This document shows positions 8,943-17,265 of a stretch of DNA of 57,295 nucleotides, piece after piece. Below the pieces are notes generated by a model. It was not told the DNA's origin. It did not search any database and saw nothing but the letters and a program-made list of their open reading frames with translations. Made by a program: the position numbers and the translations under genes. The stretch is from an uncultured Anaerolineaceae bacterium (GTDB taxonomy: Bacteria; Chloroflexota; Anaerolineae; Anaerolineales; E44-bin32). The stretch covers positions 1 to 57,295 of the forward strand of contig CAYZXF010000335.1 of NCBI GenBank assembly GCA_964482355.1, written 5' to 3'. Numbering within the stretch: position 1 is the stretch's first letter; each line of letters opens with the position of its first letter.

Positions 8943-9115
8943 AATGGCTCTCCCAAAAAAGAATAGGTCCGTTATTCATCATCGGGGTAGCCTGGGGAGC
9001 GGCTGAGGGGTGGCCTTGCGGGGCCTCAGTATCGTCGGCAGGAGCCGGTTTGTCGCTGTCGGGGCCTGAAAGGGGTGTCCGACAATGCGAATATAGCGCA
9101 GGTCACTGGCTTACA

Positions 9116-9247
9116 TCAATAGCTGTGTGCGCTTTTTCGTACCTTTTTGAAGCCGCCCGTGGCTCGGTACATCGCGACTTGTGTTCGCGTGTATTGCCGT
9201 CCTGACGACGATTTGTTGCGTTTTTTGCCAGCTTTTTTGTGCGGCAT
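9116..9247 (-). CDS. Candidate 43-aa Lys/Arg-rich small protein
   Basis: Below the ORF-track cutoff. ATG at 9247 is preceded by AGGAG plus a 6-nt spacer. Translation: MPHKKAGKKRNKSSSGRQYTRTQVAMYRATGGFKKVRKSAHSY. Confidence 0.4.
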   Translation of the reverse strand: MPHKKAGKKRNKSSSGRQYTRTQVAMYRATGGFKKVRKSAHSY

Positions 9248-9256
9248 GTCAATCTC

Positions 9257-9394
9257 CTATCCTTTTTGTTTCGCAGCGCGGGCACGTCGGCGCGTGCCCT
9301 CACTGCGTTGCGGTGCCACAACCGGCCTTACCTCACGAGCAGGCCTGACGCTGGATACTACCTGTCTGCTTGCTTTGCGAAATAAGCTGGCCAT
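9257..9394 (-). CDS. Candidate 45-aa Arg/Lys-rich small protein
   Basis: ATG at 9394, 16 nt downstream (in the transcription direction) of the 19-bp palindrome. The SD is weak (GGA). Translation: MASLFRKASRQVVSSVRPAREVRPVVAPQRSEGTRRRARAAKQKG. Confidence 0.25.
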   Translation of the reverse strand: MASLFRKASRQVVSSVRPAREVRPVVAPQRSEGTRRRARAAKQKG

Positions 9395-9410
9395 AACGAT
9401 TCCGTATTAG

Positions 9411-9429
9411 GGGGTGACATTGTCACCCC
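9411..9429. repeat. 19-bp perfect palindrome GGGGTGACATTGTCACCCC, copy 1
   Basis: Read directly. It overlaps the scaffold-gene stop codon (9423-9425). The same 21-mer GGGGGTGACATTGTCACCCCT occurs at 34191-34211 and, reverse-complemented, at 19790-19810. Confidence 0.9.
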
Positions 9430-10370
9430 TGAGCGACTTTGTGGGTTGCCTCGTGCTGGGTGCGAATCTCATACAGCTCGCGCAAGCGCTTCTGCATGGG
9501 CTCGTCCTTGTTGTACTCGCTGCGCTTGTCACGCATGAACTTCTCGATTTTTGCGATCTCATCGTTGAGCGTTTGCGCCGGATCGCCGGTGGGTGCGGTG
9601 AGCTGCGCTACCGGGTTGAGTTTCCTCGAGATTTCCGCAAGACCCGCCACGATGCCTGGATTGTTCATGATGCCTCGGCCTTCACCATCGCGGGCGTTCA
9701 AAAACGCTTCTTTGCTCTCCGCGTTAAAGGTCGATTCGATCAGGGCGCCGACAAGATTGGTGTTGGCGCGGTAATCCGAGCCCCAGGTCTCGCGCAGCGT
9801 ATCCTCATACTCCTGCTTGTGCGCCGCATCGGTCTCGGCAATATTGTCCTGCTGTTCTTCGGCAAAATTGTTGTACCAGTTGATGACCTCGTGGGCCACT
9901 TCGGGCTTGACGTTGTGTTTGTGCAGTGAGCCCATGAAGTCGGCCATGATCTCCTTGTCACCCTCACCAACGACCATGCCCTCGGGCATATTGTCAAAAT
10001 AACCGGACGATTCCAGCGGCACACCGTTTGCCTCACGATAAGCCTTGACGTCGTCATCGGTGGCATTGTCTGGCAACGGCTTCAGGTAATTGCCGGCCGA
10101 AATGGTAGTGCGTTGCTCACGAAATGCGTTACCGACATCAGCCAGCGTGGAATAACGCTCCAGCGTAGACTTGAACTTGTCGTCATCGCCGGCCAGGCCT
10201 TCGCGAAAGTCAAAATTCAAGGCCTCATTGCCCTTGTCGACAGACTCGAAAAAGGCATCTGCGGATTCAAATTTTCCAAGCTGCTCGGCGCGATCGGTGT
10301 TATCGCCAGCCAGCCCGCCGTACCATTGTTCGTCTTCAGCCATCTTGTTCTCCAGCGGTGCGTACCGCAA
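9423..10370 (-). CDS. Scaffolding protein (by position and composition)
   Basis: 315 aa, acidic and predicted helical, located between the portal and capsid genes. Confidence 0.6.
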   Translation of the reverse strand: MRYAPLENKMAEDEQWYGGLAGDNTDRAEQLGKFESADAFFESVDKGNEALNFDFREGLAGDDDKFKSTLERYSTLADVGNAFREQRTTISAGNYLKPLPDNATDDDVKAYREANGVPLESSGYFDNMPEGMVVGEGDKEIMADFMGSLHKHNVKPEVAHEVINWYNNFAEEQQDNIAETDAAHKQEYEDTLRETWGSDYRANTNLVGALIESTFNAESKEAFLNARDGEGRGIMNNPGIVAGLAEISRKLNPVAQLTAPTGDPAQTLNDEIAKIEKFMRDKRSEYNKDEPMQKRLRELYEIRTQHEATHKVAQG

Positions 10371-10659
10371 TTTTATCAGGATCCGTCCGTGCCTCTGCTG
10401 ACTTTAGCATCCAAATCAAAGTCGTTCCGGCATGACGCCGGCCTTCTGCGAAATCGCTGCTGCGGGCACTGCCCGGGCGAAACGAGGTGTCGTGAGTACC
10501 AAACGCCCAGATCATCCAGTCCAGCGCTCGCCTTTGCTGAGCAGCGCTCGCCTCTCCTCGGTACAAGGCGCGGATCGCTTGCACATCCGCCTCATGATAA
10601 TCCGGTCGCTTCAGCGGGTCTGGATTCGGTACTAACGGATCGTCTGATGGTCTTAACAT
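10336..10659 (-). CDS. Small conserved head-module protein
   Basis: 107 aa. Its ATG overlaps the portal TGA by 1 nt. The motif EADVQAIRALYRGEASAAQQRRALDWMIWAFG...FAEGRRHAG resembles small proteins found between portal and scaffold in BPP-1-like podoviruses. This is from memory and is not verified. Confidence 0.5.
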   Translation of the reverse strand: MLRPSDDPLVPNPDPLKRPDYHEADVQAIRALYRGEASAAQQRRALDWMIWAFGTHDTSFRPGSARSSDFAEGRRHAGTTLIWMLKSAEARTDPDKIAVRTAGEQDG

Positions 10660-12281
10660 CAGGCTGCATCGGCCGCGGCCAGGTCCTTGATGCCGGCACC
10701 GCCCGTTTTAGCCAACTCTGCCATGGCTTGGGCTTCTTGGGCTTCTTTGAGTTCTGCCATGGCGGCCTCCACATCGGCGTCACTATTGAGGCGTTCTTCT
10801 TTAAGGCCGATACCTTGCAGCGCATCGCGCAAGGTCATGCCAACGTCCAGATAGGCAATGGTTGAGGGATCGAGCTGCATCGCACGTTCAATCAAATCCG
10901 CCGATTCTAAGAAAATGGAGGCGTCCTTGCGCTCAATAAGATCGTGCAATGGCGATACAAATTTGAAGTGGATATTACGTCCCTGCAGTTCGCGCGGGAT
11001 ATCCTGAATCGCTCCAAAGTGGCCAGCGCGCAGCAGCGCATCAAAAGTATCTTCACAAAGCTGGCCGTTGTACTCGGTCTCCATGGGCTCGAACAAGGGC
11101 AGTGCGGCGCGGATGTACTCCTGCACGCGCTGACCGACTTCAAACGCCGTCATTTCGGTACCTTTTTCTGGCGCTGGTAAGGTCAGTCTATTGATGTAAA
11201 AGGCTTCGGCGAGCATTTGCATTTGCGTGTCGTGCACGTTGTATCCAATCGGCAAGCCCCTGCGGTCCTGATTGATCGGCCGCAGCACGTCACCCTTGCG
11301 CTCATCGTAGTCCTGGTCTGCCCAGGTCACACCGCCAGAATAGAGCTGCAGATCGCCGCGCACCGCGTCAATAGTGGCAATCATCGGCGGACGCACGCTC
11401 ATCTCACCGGCTTCGAGCAAGGTGAGACTCATCGCCTGCAGAAGACGCGCATCGGGAAGACCGGCAATGGTGGCCGGCGAATAGGCGTATTGGCTTCCCG
11501 AAACCGTCTGCCAGCGCGGCAGAGTGATGCCGTGCGAGAACAGGCCCATTTCTTTCATGATGTGTTTATTGAGCACATCCAGATACACCAGCATCCACGG
11601 ATAGCCTTCGCCCTCGCCATTCTGGCCGCGGTAGATATCGGTCGACACCGCCAGCCGCATGCACTGGTGCGTTTGCAGCGTCTCGGTGCCGGTTTTATTC
11701 GCAATGAGCGTGTGCAGGTCCATGCCCATCTCTTGCAGGACCTTGATGCTCGGCTTCCACTTCAGATAAATTTCACCGACAGAGCCATCCGCCATCTCGG
11801 CCCAGGCGACATCGCGCAAATGCCAGCAGCGGTACAACAGGTGCGGCGAGCGCGCATTCCAGTTAGTTTCGCGTGTAATGCAGCACTGCCCGAAGGCGGC
11901 GTAATCCGCGTCTCCCTCGGAGGTGGCACGAATAAAATACGCTTTGCGGTCATACATCGCAGCCCGCTGGCGCTTGGTCGCCCATTGCAGCCATTCGATG
12001 CCGCCCTTGGACACTTTGTCCATTTCATCCACCTCAGTCTCGAACCAGTCCGAGCTCCTCGGTCTGAGCATGGCCGCAAAGGAGGTTGATAAATCTCGGT
12101 GTACCAGCAGCGGATAGGATGAATACAAGTGATTGGCGAATTCCTCACCAATGTAGCGCGTCAGGGTGAAATCCGCGCGCTGCGGATAGAAGTTCTCGGC
12201 AATTTCCTGCCACAAGGTGGTGGCCGCTTTGCGCTGGGCAAATAATTGGCCGCCCCGCTCAATGAGTTCGTCTGGCTTCAT
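10659..12281 (-). CDS. Portal (head-tail connector) protein
   Basis: 540 aa downstream of terL. The N-terminus ...TLWQEIAENFYPQRADFT... together with size and position fits podovirus (T7 gp8-type) connectors. Confidence 0.8.
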   Translation of the reverse strand: MKPDELIERGGQLFAQRKAATTLWQEIAENFYPQRADFTLTRYIGEEFANHLYSSYPLLVHRDLSTSFAAMLRPRSSDWFETEVDEMDKVSKGGIEWLQWATKRQRAAMYDRKAYFIRATSEGDADYAAFGQCCITRETNWNARSPHLLYRCWHLRDVAWAEMADGSVGEIYLKWKPSIKVLQEMGMDLHTLIANKTGTETLQTHQCMRLAVSTDIYRGQNGEGEGYPWMLVYLDVLNKHIMKEMGLFSHGITLPRWQTVSGSQYAYSPATIAGLPDARLLQAMSLTLLEAGEMSVRPPMIATIDAVRGDLQLYSGGVTWADQDYDERKGDVLRPINQDRRGLPIGYNVHDTQMQMLAEAFYINRLTLPAPEKGTEMTAFEVGQRVQEYIRAALPLFEPMETEYNGQLCEDTFDALLRAGHFGAIQDIPRELQGRNIHFKFVSPLHDLIERKDASIFLESADLIERAMQLDPSTIAYLDVGMTLRDALQGIGLKEERLNSDADVEAAMAELKEAQEAQAMAELAKTGGAGIKDLAAADAA

Positions 12282-12520
12282 CCCAGCGTGTCCTGATCGG
12301 TGAGCTGGGTGCTGGCGCGTGATCCACGACGTTTAGCCGCTTTGCGCCGCTCGTTACGGCGTACCTCCTCCTCATCGGGAATGAGTGCATTGGCGTACAC
12401 AGAATCCAGTGCCGCTTGCTTTTTGTCCGCTTTTTCCTTGCGCCGCTCAGCATTGGTCTTGAAGCCACGACCAAGATGAATATTCACGAGTCGCTTACGG
12501 GTATTTGTAAGGCCTGACAT
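12278..12520 (-). CDS. Small basic protein between terL and portal
   Basis: 80 aa, Lys/Arg-rich. It has a TAATG overlap with terL and an ATGA overlap with the portal gene. Confidence 0.5.
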   Translation of the reverse strand: MSGLTNTRKRLVNIHLGRGFKTNAERRKEKADKKQAALDSVYANALIPDEEEVRRNERRKAAKRRGSRASTQLTDQDTLG

Positions 12521-14154
12521 TATTGTCTCCTCCTTGGTCCCAAATTGACCTGTGGCATGCGCTTACCCATCGATCGCGGAATCTTACCAACACGCTGGTC
12601 CGGGCGCCATTCATTCAAGTGCGTGATTGCCTTCGGCCCCGCCGACCAACTCATGACGACAGCATCACCTTTATCCGTTGATCGCCCAAGTGCGGCAACC
12701 ACGTCTTTTTTCGGCGTCACCTTAATACCATTGGGGGTGACCTCCCAACGCAAGGCCGTCAGATCGGATACCAGCTCGGGATCGTCTGGTAAAGCGATCG
12801 GCGAGCCGCCGTCCTGTCCAGGGTCCAGTGCTTCACGAAAGCCCCAGCAAATTTGCGCGCGCTTGTTGACGAATTTGAGCTGTTTTTCAGCCGTTCTGCG
12901 CACCGATTTATCCATGCCCAGATGCGCGCGTACTTCAATACCGTTTTCTTTCAAGTGCGCATAAGCCTGTGCACCATTGGTCTCACCGCAATCGAGAATG
13001 ATCACCGAGTCATTCCTGCGGTGCTTCATGACCAAAGCTGCAACATCCGAGCCGTGCGGCGTTTCTAACCCAGGCACTGCGATCAGAACAGCAAACCAGC
13101 CGTCGTGACGCGGCGCTAATACCGTTTTGTCCTTTCTGCGCGCGGCGTCCACGCCGATGGCACATTGCGGCACACCATAAGGAGGGTCGGCTTTCCATCT
13201 GGCTTGAGCACGCCGGATCCACTCGGTCGGAATAAGCTGGTCGGCTTCGTCCACTCGAGCCACCATGAAATTGCCATCGCGAATGGCCGAGCGAAATGGC
13301 TCCGGCATCGCATCAAGCACTGCGTCATAGCCGGTATCGGCCAAAAACGGGTTATCGCCCAGATGTGCCGGGATGAAGGTGCGGCTCATCGGTTTCAGGA
13401 ACCGCGGCGTGCCATCATCGTTCATTTTGCCGCTGGGAATCTCCACATCAGGACCGTCTACCCAATGATCCTTGGAATTACCCGCCTCATCGACAAAGGT
13501 CACACACCAGCGCAGCTCGCCGTGTTTGGCCGGGCGTGGATAGCGATCATCCAACCACGGCGCGAACATCGGGATGATCCAGTCACCCCCTGAGTCTGTG
13601 GGCGGATTAGAGCCTAAAATAACTCTTTTGCGCTGATCCGGGTCGGTTGAGCGCACCCAACCCATGAGAAAGCGAATTTGCATCTCCAGGCACTGCACCA
13701 CTTCGTCAATGGCCAGTAAATCGTGTGGATTGCCCTGCCAGTGCTTCTCATCGCCGAGTTTTGCCAACCCGCCAAAATCAATGGTCTTGCCATTCACCGT
13801 TTTCAGGCGCGGCGGCGGCGAGCCGTTATAGCCCTTGTCGGTGCCGTTTATTGCGATGGCACGATCGGTTAATGGGGTCAAATCGACGTAATGCTTGCGA
13901 ATAATGAGCGAGCGGGTGTGATATTCAAAGGCCATACCGAGAATCAGGTCGGTTTTACCACCCCCGCCCTCACCGCCGTAGAGCAACACGTCCGCCAGGC
14001 AGTTCACCGCGTCGAGCTGCGGGCCCACGGTCGGAAACCACATGCGATTTTTGGACTGGTCATCGATGAAGGCATCGAGCTCGGCGCGCTTGTCAGGACT
14101 CAGCGCGCCGTATTTTTCCATCAGGTCATCGATTAACGCGGATTCACGGCTCAC
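12520..14154 (-). CDS. terL: Terminase large subunit
   Basis: 544 aa. Walker A is LLYGGEGGGGKTDL and Walker B is HDLLAIDEV. The C-terminal nuclease-like segment contains AIGVDAARRKDKTVL. The start is GTG at 14154. Confidence 0.9.
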   Translation of the reverse strand: MSRESALIDDLMEKYGALSPDKRAELDAFIDDQSKNRMWFPTVGPQLDAVNCLADVLLYGGEGGGGKTDLILGMAFEYHTRSLIIRKHYVDLTPLTDRAIAINGTDKGYNGSPPPRLKTVNGKTIDFGGLAKLGDEKHWQGNPHDLLAIDEVVQCLEMQIRFLMGWVRSTDPDQRKRVILGSNPPTDSGGDWIIPMFAPWLDDRYPRPAKHGELRWCVTFVDEAGNSKDHWVDGPDVEIPSGKMNDDGTPRFLKPMSRTFIPAHLGDNPFLADTGYDAVLDAMPEPFRSAIRDGNFMVARVDEADQLIPTEWIRRAQARWKADPPYGVPQCAIGVDAARRKDKTVLAPRHDGWFAVLIAVPGLETPHGSDVAALVMKHRRNDSVIILDCGETNGAQAYAHLKENGIEVRAHLGMDKSVRRTAEKQLKFVNKRAQICWGFREALDPGQDGGSPIALPDDPELVSDLTALRWEVTPNGIKVTPKKDVVAALGRSTDKGDAVVMSWSAGPKAITHLNEWRPDQRVGKIPRSMGKRMPQVNLGPRRRQ

Positions 14155-14178
14155 AAATTATCTCGTTTGACCAATCAC

Positions 14179-14221
14179 AAAAAGGCGACTCAGATACCCA
14201 CCAGGATACACCCGAGCCGCC
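14179..14221 (-). terminator. Terminator-like hairpin just upstream of terL
   Basis: On the minus strand: GGCGGCTCGG-N18-CTGAGTCGCC (10 bp including 2 G-U pairs) followed by TTTTT. The loop is long, so confidence is low. Confidence 0.3.
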
Positions 14222-14240
14222 CAAGACGTGCCAGAAGCCG

Positions 14241-14774
14241 TTAAACAGTCAGTGCCGTCAGGTTAACGCGTTCGAAATACACGTCGAAAATGACTGGAGA
14301 ACCGAGCGTGATGTCGGCAACCAGCAATTCGTAATCGATCGCCGTGTTGGCCTGCGCGGTAAAGTCAAAGCCCAACGCCACCGGCAAGTGCCGGGAAATA
14401 CGCATCTCATCCACCGTGGAATCCAAAAAGCCGGTGGTCTCAAGCGAATTCACCACCTGGATGGCGCCACCAGAATAAACGAAGATCATGTCCTCGCCGG
14501 CTGCAATTCCACCAAAGGCCGTACCGGCTGCCTTGGATACATCAATGCGACTGACAATCAGGGCAAAGCCAGCCCCGGGTGCTGCCACCAGTTCAACAGG
14601 GGCTGAGAAACCCGCCAGAACCTGCGCGGCTGTTAAGGAAATTCGGGTGCGGTACTGCGGGATAATGGTCGCATTGACCATCTCCAGATTGGCATCGTTG
14701 AACACCACTTCAGTGTTTTTCGACAAGCCGAAACGCTTGCCATGAATACTCGTTTGAATGGTTGGACCGGGCAT
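14241..14774 (-). CDS. Hypothetical protein
   Basis: 177-aa ORF immediately upstream of terL. I recognise no motif. Confidence 0.55.
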   Translation of the reverse strand: MPGPTIQTSIHGKRFGLSKNTEVVFNDANLEMVNATIIPQYRTRISLTAAQVLAGFSAPVELVAAPGAGFALIVSRIDVSKAAGTAFGGIAAGEDMIFVYSGGAIQVVNSLETTGFLDSTVDEMRISRHLPVALGFDFTAQANTAIDYELLVADITLGSPVIFDVYFERVNLTALTV

Positions 14775-14820
14775 GATCTTCTCCTATTGCTTGCTATCTA
14801 TTATGAGGAACATGCCGATA

Positions 14821-15093
14821 CTACGCCCTAATGCGCCGCGCTGCCTCTCCATCAACCTCGCGATGAATCTGAAACCCACGAATGTCGATGTCAAAATACT
14901 GCGGAATCTCGAAAATCTTGCCGCGACCCATCATCACCATGGGCTTGCCGTCGTCCAGCCACGCCAACGAACCCTCCGGCACAAAAAATCGCTTCGAAGG
15001 AATCGAGATCACCTTTTCACCAGGCATCCACAGACCAGACGCCGTGAGCACACCACCGGCCATGATAGCCGCCATGAATTCCCTGCGATTCAC
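14821..15093 (-). CDS. Small protein with a twin-arginine (Tat)-like signal peptide
   Basis: 90 aa. The N-terminus MNRREFMAAIMAGGVLTASGLW has an RRxF motif followed by a hydrophobic stretch. Confidence 0.5.
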   Translation of the reverse strand: MNRREFMAAIMAGGVLTASGLWMPGEKVISIPSKRFFVPEGSLAWLDDGKPMVMMGRGKIFEIPQYFDIDIRGFQIHREVDGEAARRIRA

Positions 15094-15437
15094 GGCCGCA
15101 ACACACTCGGCGGATCGTAAAAACCCTTCCGTATTGTGATTTGTCGCATACCAATCGCCTCATTACGTCGATAAATGATCTCGTCCTTGCTCATCACCTC
15201 ATCGCGACTGATGATCTGCTCGCAAATGTCATCGCAAAATCGGTCTCGCTTCCGACCTGGGTAATCCGAAAAAAGCTCACTAAACAAAATGCGTGAAACT
15301 ACCACCTGACGCCCCACCCACGCCGCGGCCCTTAAATAATCACCGAACGCTCCAACAGCCACCTTGTCGAAATGAAAGCCACGTAACTCGGCCGTCATAT
15401 ATATCTCATTGCGAACCTGACACTGCATCGCGTTCAT
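15090..15437 (-). CDS. Hypothetical protein
   Basis: The track ORF is 15090-15470. I prefer the ATG at 15437, which forms an ATGA overlap with the upstream stop. Confidence 0.5.
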   Translation of the reverse strand: MNAMQCQVRNEIYMTAELRGFHFDKVAVGAFGDYLRAAAWVGRQVVVSRILFSELFSDYPGRKRDRFCDDICEQIISRDEVMSKDEIIYRRNEAIGMRQITIRKGFYDPPSVLRP

Positions 15438-15799
15438 AAATTGTAAATCCACAGTCTCGCAATCTCGCACAGGGCGACAAAGACAGCATCCTTATCCTGC
15501 TCACGCCGGCCGAGCTGGTCGTAGGGCATAAGATCGGGGTGGACTTTATTGGCTCGATCGTATTGCTCGCCATACCTCCAGCCCATCTTTCGATACGCAA
15601 TCATCCAACTGCCGTGCAGCCCCTCTGGCGAACCAGATCGATGCGGGCCACACTCGGTCTCGATCACCTCAAGAAACTGATCCTTGAATTCCGACTCGCG
15701 CTCGTTCCACGAATCAGGAATAATGGGTGCGTTCGCCGCTATTGCGGCAATCCTCGCGCCCTCATAGATAAACTCAGCTCTGCGTTCAGTTAGTGTCAT
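15434..15799 (-). CDS. RyR-domain protein
   Basis: The start at 15799 follows AGGAGGAGGAAAA and makes an ATGA overlap. GSWMIAYRKMGWRYGEQYDRANKVHPDLMPYDQLGRREQDKD matches the RyR-domain pattern (W..GW.YG....K.HP.L.PY..L). Confidence 0.6.
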   Translation of the reverse strand: MTLTERRAEFIYEGARIAAIAANAPIIPDSWNERESEFKDQFLEVIETECGPHRSGSPEGLHGSWMIAYRKMGWRYGEQYDRANKVHPDLMPYDQLGRREQDKDAVFVALCEIARLWIYNL

Positions 15800-15978
15800 T
15801 TTTCCTCCTCCTCGGGCAACGCTTCCCATTGCCCTTTCGTGAGCCACGTTCGAGCATTACATTCCGAACAAGTGACGCGAACTCGTACCCCGTGCCACAT
15901 TCGTCGATTTTTGCGAAAGGCTAGGCTGCCATCTGGATTTTCATCGGCTACCCAAATATGCGCGCATTCTTCAGTCAC
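15796..15978 (-). CDS. Hypothetical small protein
   Basis: 60-aa ORF within the operon. It contains a CSECN motif. Confidence 0.45.
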   Translation of the reverse strand: MTEECAHIWVADENPDGSLAFRKNRRMWHGVRVRVTCSECNARTWLTKGQWEALPEEEEK

Positions 15979-15981
15979 TTG

Positions 15982-16164
15982 TCAGACCTCCGCTACCGGC
16001 CGCATAAGCTCATAGCGCTCAGGATCATCCCACGCCAACCACATCAGCCAAGCCTCCTGACGACGATAATCCCGCTCAGCACGGGTCATAAACATCGCGT
16101 CCGTTTTCTGCCCCTCCCGCGGCGCCCATAATCCGAGCAACTTCGCCTCGACCAGATCAATCAC
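15982..16164 (-). CDS. Hypothetical small protein
   Basis: 60-aa ORF within the operon. Confidence 0.45.
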   Translation of the reverse strand: MIDLVEAKLLGLWAPREGQKTDAMFMTRAERDYRRQEAWLMWLAWDDPERYELMRPVAEV

Positions 16165-16261
16165 TTGCCATCCTTAGATCAGCCGCTCGATAATCCAAAT
16201 AGATGGGCCTACCGATAACCCGACCAAGAAAAATATGTGCTTTCGTTCAATTTTCACTTTT

Positions 16262-16543
16262 CTACTCCTCAATTACCTCACGAACTTTGATGTGAACGGC
16301 CTCATCAAACCACGGTTCTTCACCATGCTCTACAACGCGCGCTGGACTGCCATCGGTATTCAACTCAAGAATAAACTCCCGCGGCTCGGGCTTGATGCGA
16401 TACTCAAAATCGCACCAGTTAAAACACAGCGGTCGAATGCCAGAATCGTCTCGCCACCGGCCTGGCCCGGCACGGCCGCGAATCTGAATCGTCTTGTGGC
16501 CATAGGCGAGCATGACCTCGACTTGATACTTGATATCAGCCAT
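16262..16543 (-). CDS. Hypothetical protein
   Basis: The track ORF is 16262-16573. The ATG at 16543 overlaps the upstream TGA by 1 nt. Confidence 0.5.
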   Translation of the reverse strand: MADIKYQVEVMLAYGHKTIQIRGRAGPGRWRDDSGIRPLCFNWCDFEYRIKPEPREFILELNTDGSPARVVEHGEEPWFDEAVHIKVREVIEE

Positions 16544-16776
16544 CAGCCTTCCACCACGTAAACCTTCACCCAATGCACCGGCGAAAATCGAACCTGGTCA
16601 TTGTCTATCATCAGCATCGCCGCGCCGGGGCGATTCAGATTCGTGCCAACCTCCTCAGAAACCTTCCAAACCGATAACGAGCCGCCCCGATCAGTGTCAT
16701 ACGTCCAGCGAAAACCCTCACCATCGGTGAACACCGTGTTCTGACTACCGGCAATTTCAACAACCACGCGCCTCAT
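16543..16776 (-). CDS. Hypothetical protein
   Basis: The track ORF is 16543-16806. The ATG at 16776 forms an ATGA overlap with the upstream stop. Confidence 0.5.
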   Translation of the reverse strand: MRRVVVEIAGSQNTVFTDGEGFRWTYDTDRGGSLSVWKVSEEVGTNLNRPGAAMLMIDNDQVRFSPVHWVKVYVVEG

Positions 16777-17084
16777 ACCGGCTCCTCGATCCGCACAGGC
16801 CACCATTCACCACCCGAACTGTAGCGAGTCGCAAACATAGGATGCAGCGAATCCCCAGGCTTTTGCCGCCACCAATACCAGCCTAGCTCGGTCGGCGCAT
16901 CGCCACTCCATTCAGCATCGTTGATGCCAGTAGTGAGCCGCTCAATCTCGGCCAAAGCCCCAGGCAGCTCACCACAGCAACTCGACGGGTCACAACATAG
17001 ACAGCCACACTCATCCATGCCAACCTGCTTGCGCACCGCTGCTACGTCGTAATCACTCACACCGAACCGCCGATCGCCACACAC
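16773..17084 (-). CDS. Hypothetical Cys-rich protein
   Basis: 103-aa ORF. The start is uncertain. It contains CGCLCCDPSSCC. Confidence 0.5.
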   Translation of the reverse strand: MCGDRRFGVSDYDVAAVRKQVGMDECGCLCCDPSSCCGELPGALAEIERLTTGINDAEWSGDAPTELGWYWWRQKPGDSLHPMFATRYSSGGEWWPVRIEEPV

Positions 17085-17265
17085 CAGGCGCGTAATGATT
17101 CTCAGCCACTATCACCGGCATCGGACCACCCTCAACCGGACACTGCAAAATATTCAAATCCCCAGCATCGCCAACCCACATATCCCAGGTACACGTATCC
17201 GTATCCATGAAATTCTTCTCATACGCGGGCGGACCAAAAAACGTCACCACAATCTTGCCAACCAT
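17053..17265 (-). CDS. Hypothetical small protein
   Basis: 70-aa ORF with a 1-nt overlap with the upstream gene. Confidence 0.45.
   Translation of the reverse strand: MVGKIVVTFFGPPAYEKNFMDTDTCTWDMWVGDAGDLNILQCPVEGGPMPVIVAENHYAPGVWRSAVRCE

Noticed and set aside
9411-9429. The 19-bp palindromes as rho-independent terminators
   Set aside because: None of the three copies is followed by a T-run on either strand, and copy 3 has no upstream gene to terminate. I kept them as operator or 5'-hairpin candidates instead.
11217-12089. Long plus-strand ORFs antisense to structural genes. These include 10113-10865, 11217-12089, 23514-24203, 38358-38990, 39670-40323, 45592-46233 and 52613-53251.
   Set aside because: These are shadow ORFs typical of moderately GC-rich DNA. 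All are Arg/His/Gly/Leu-rich, and each lies opposite a gene with clear motifs (portal, helicase, lysis genes, ejection proteins).
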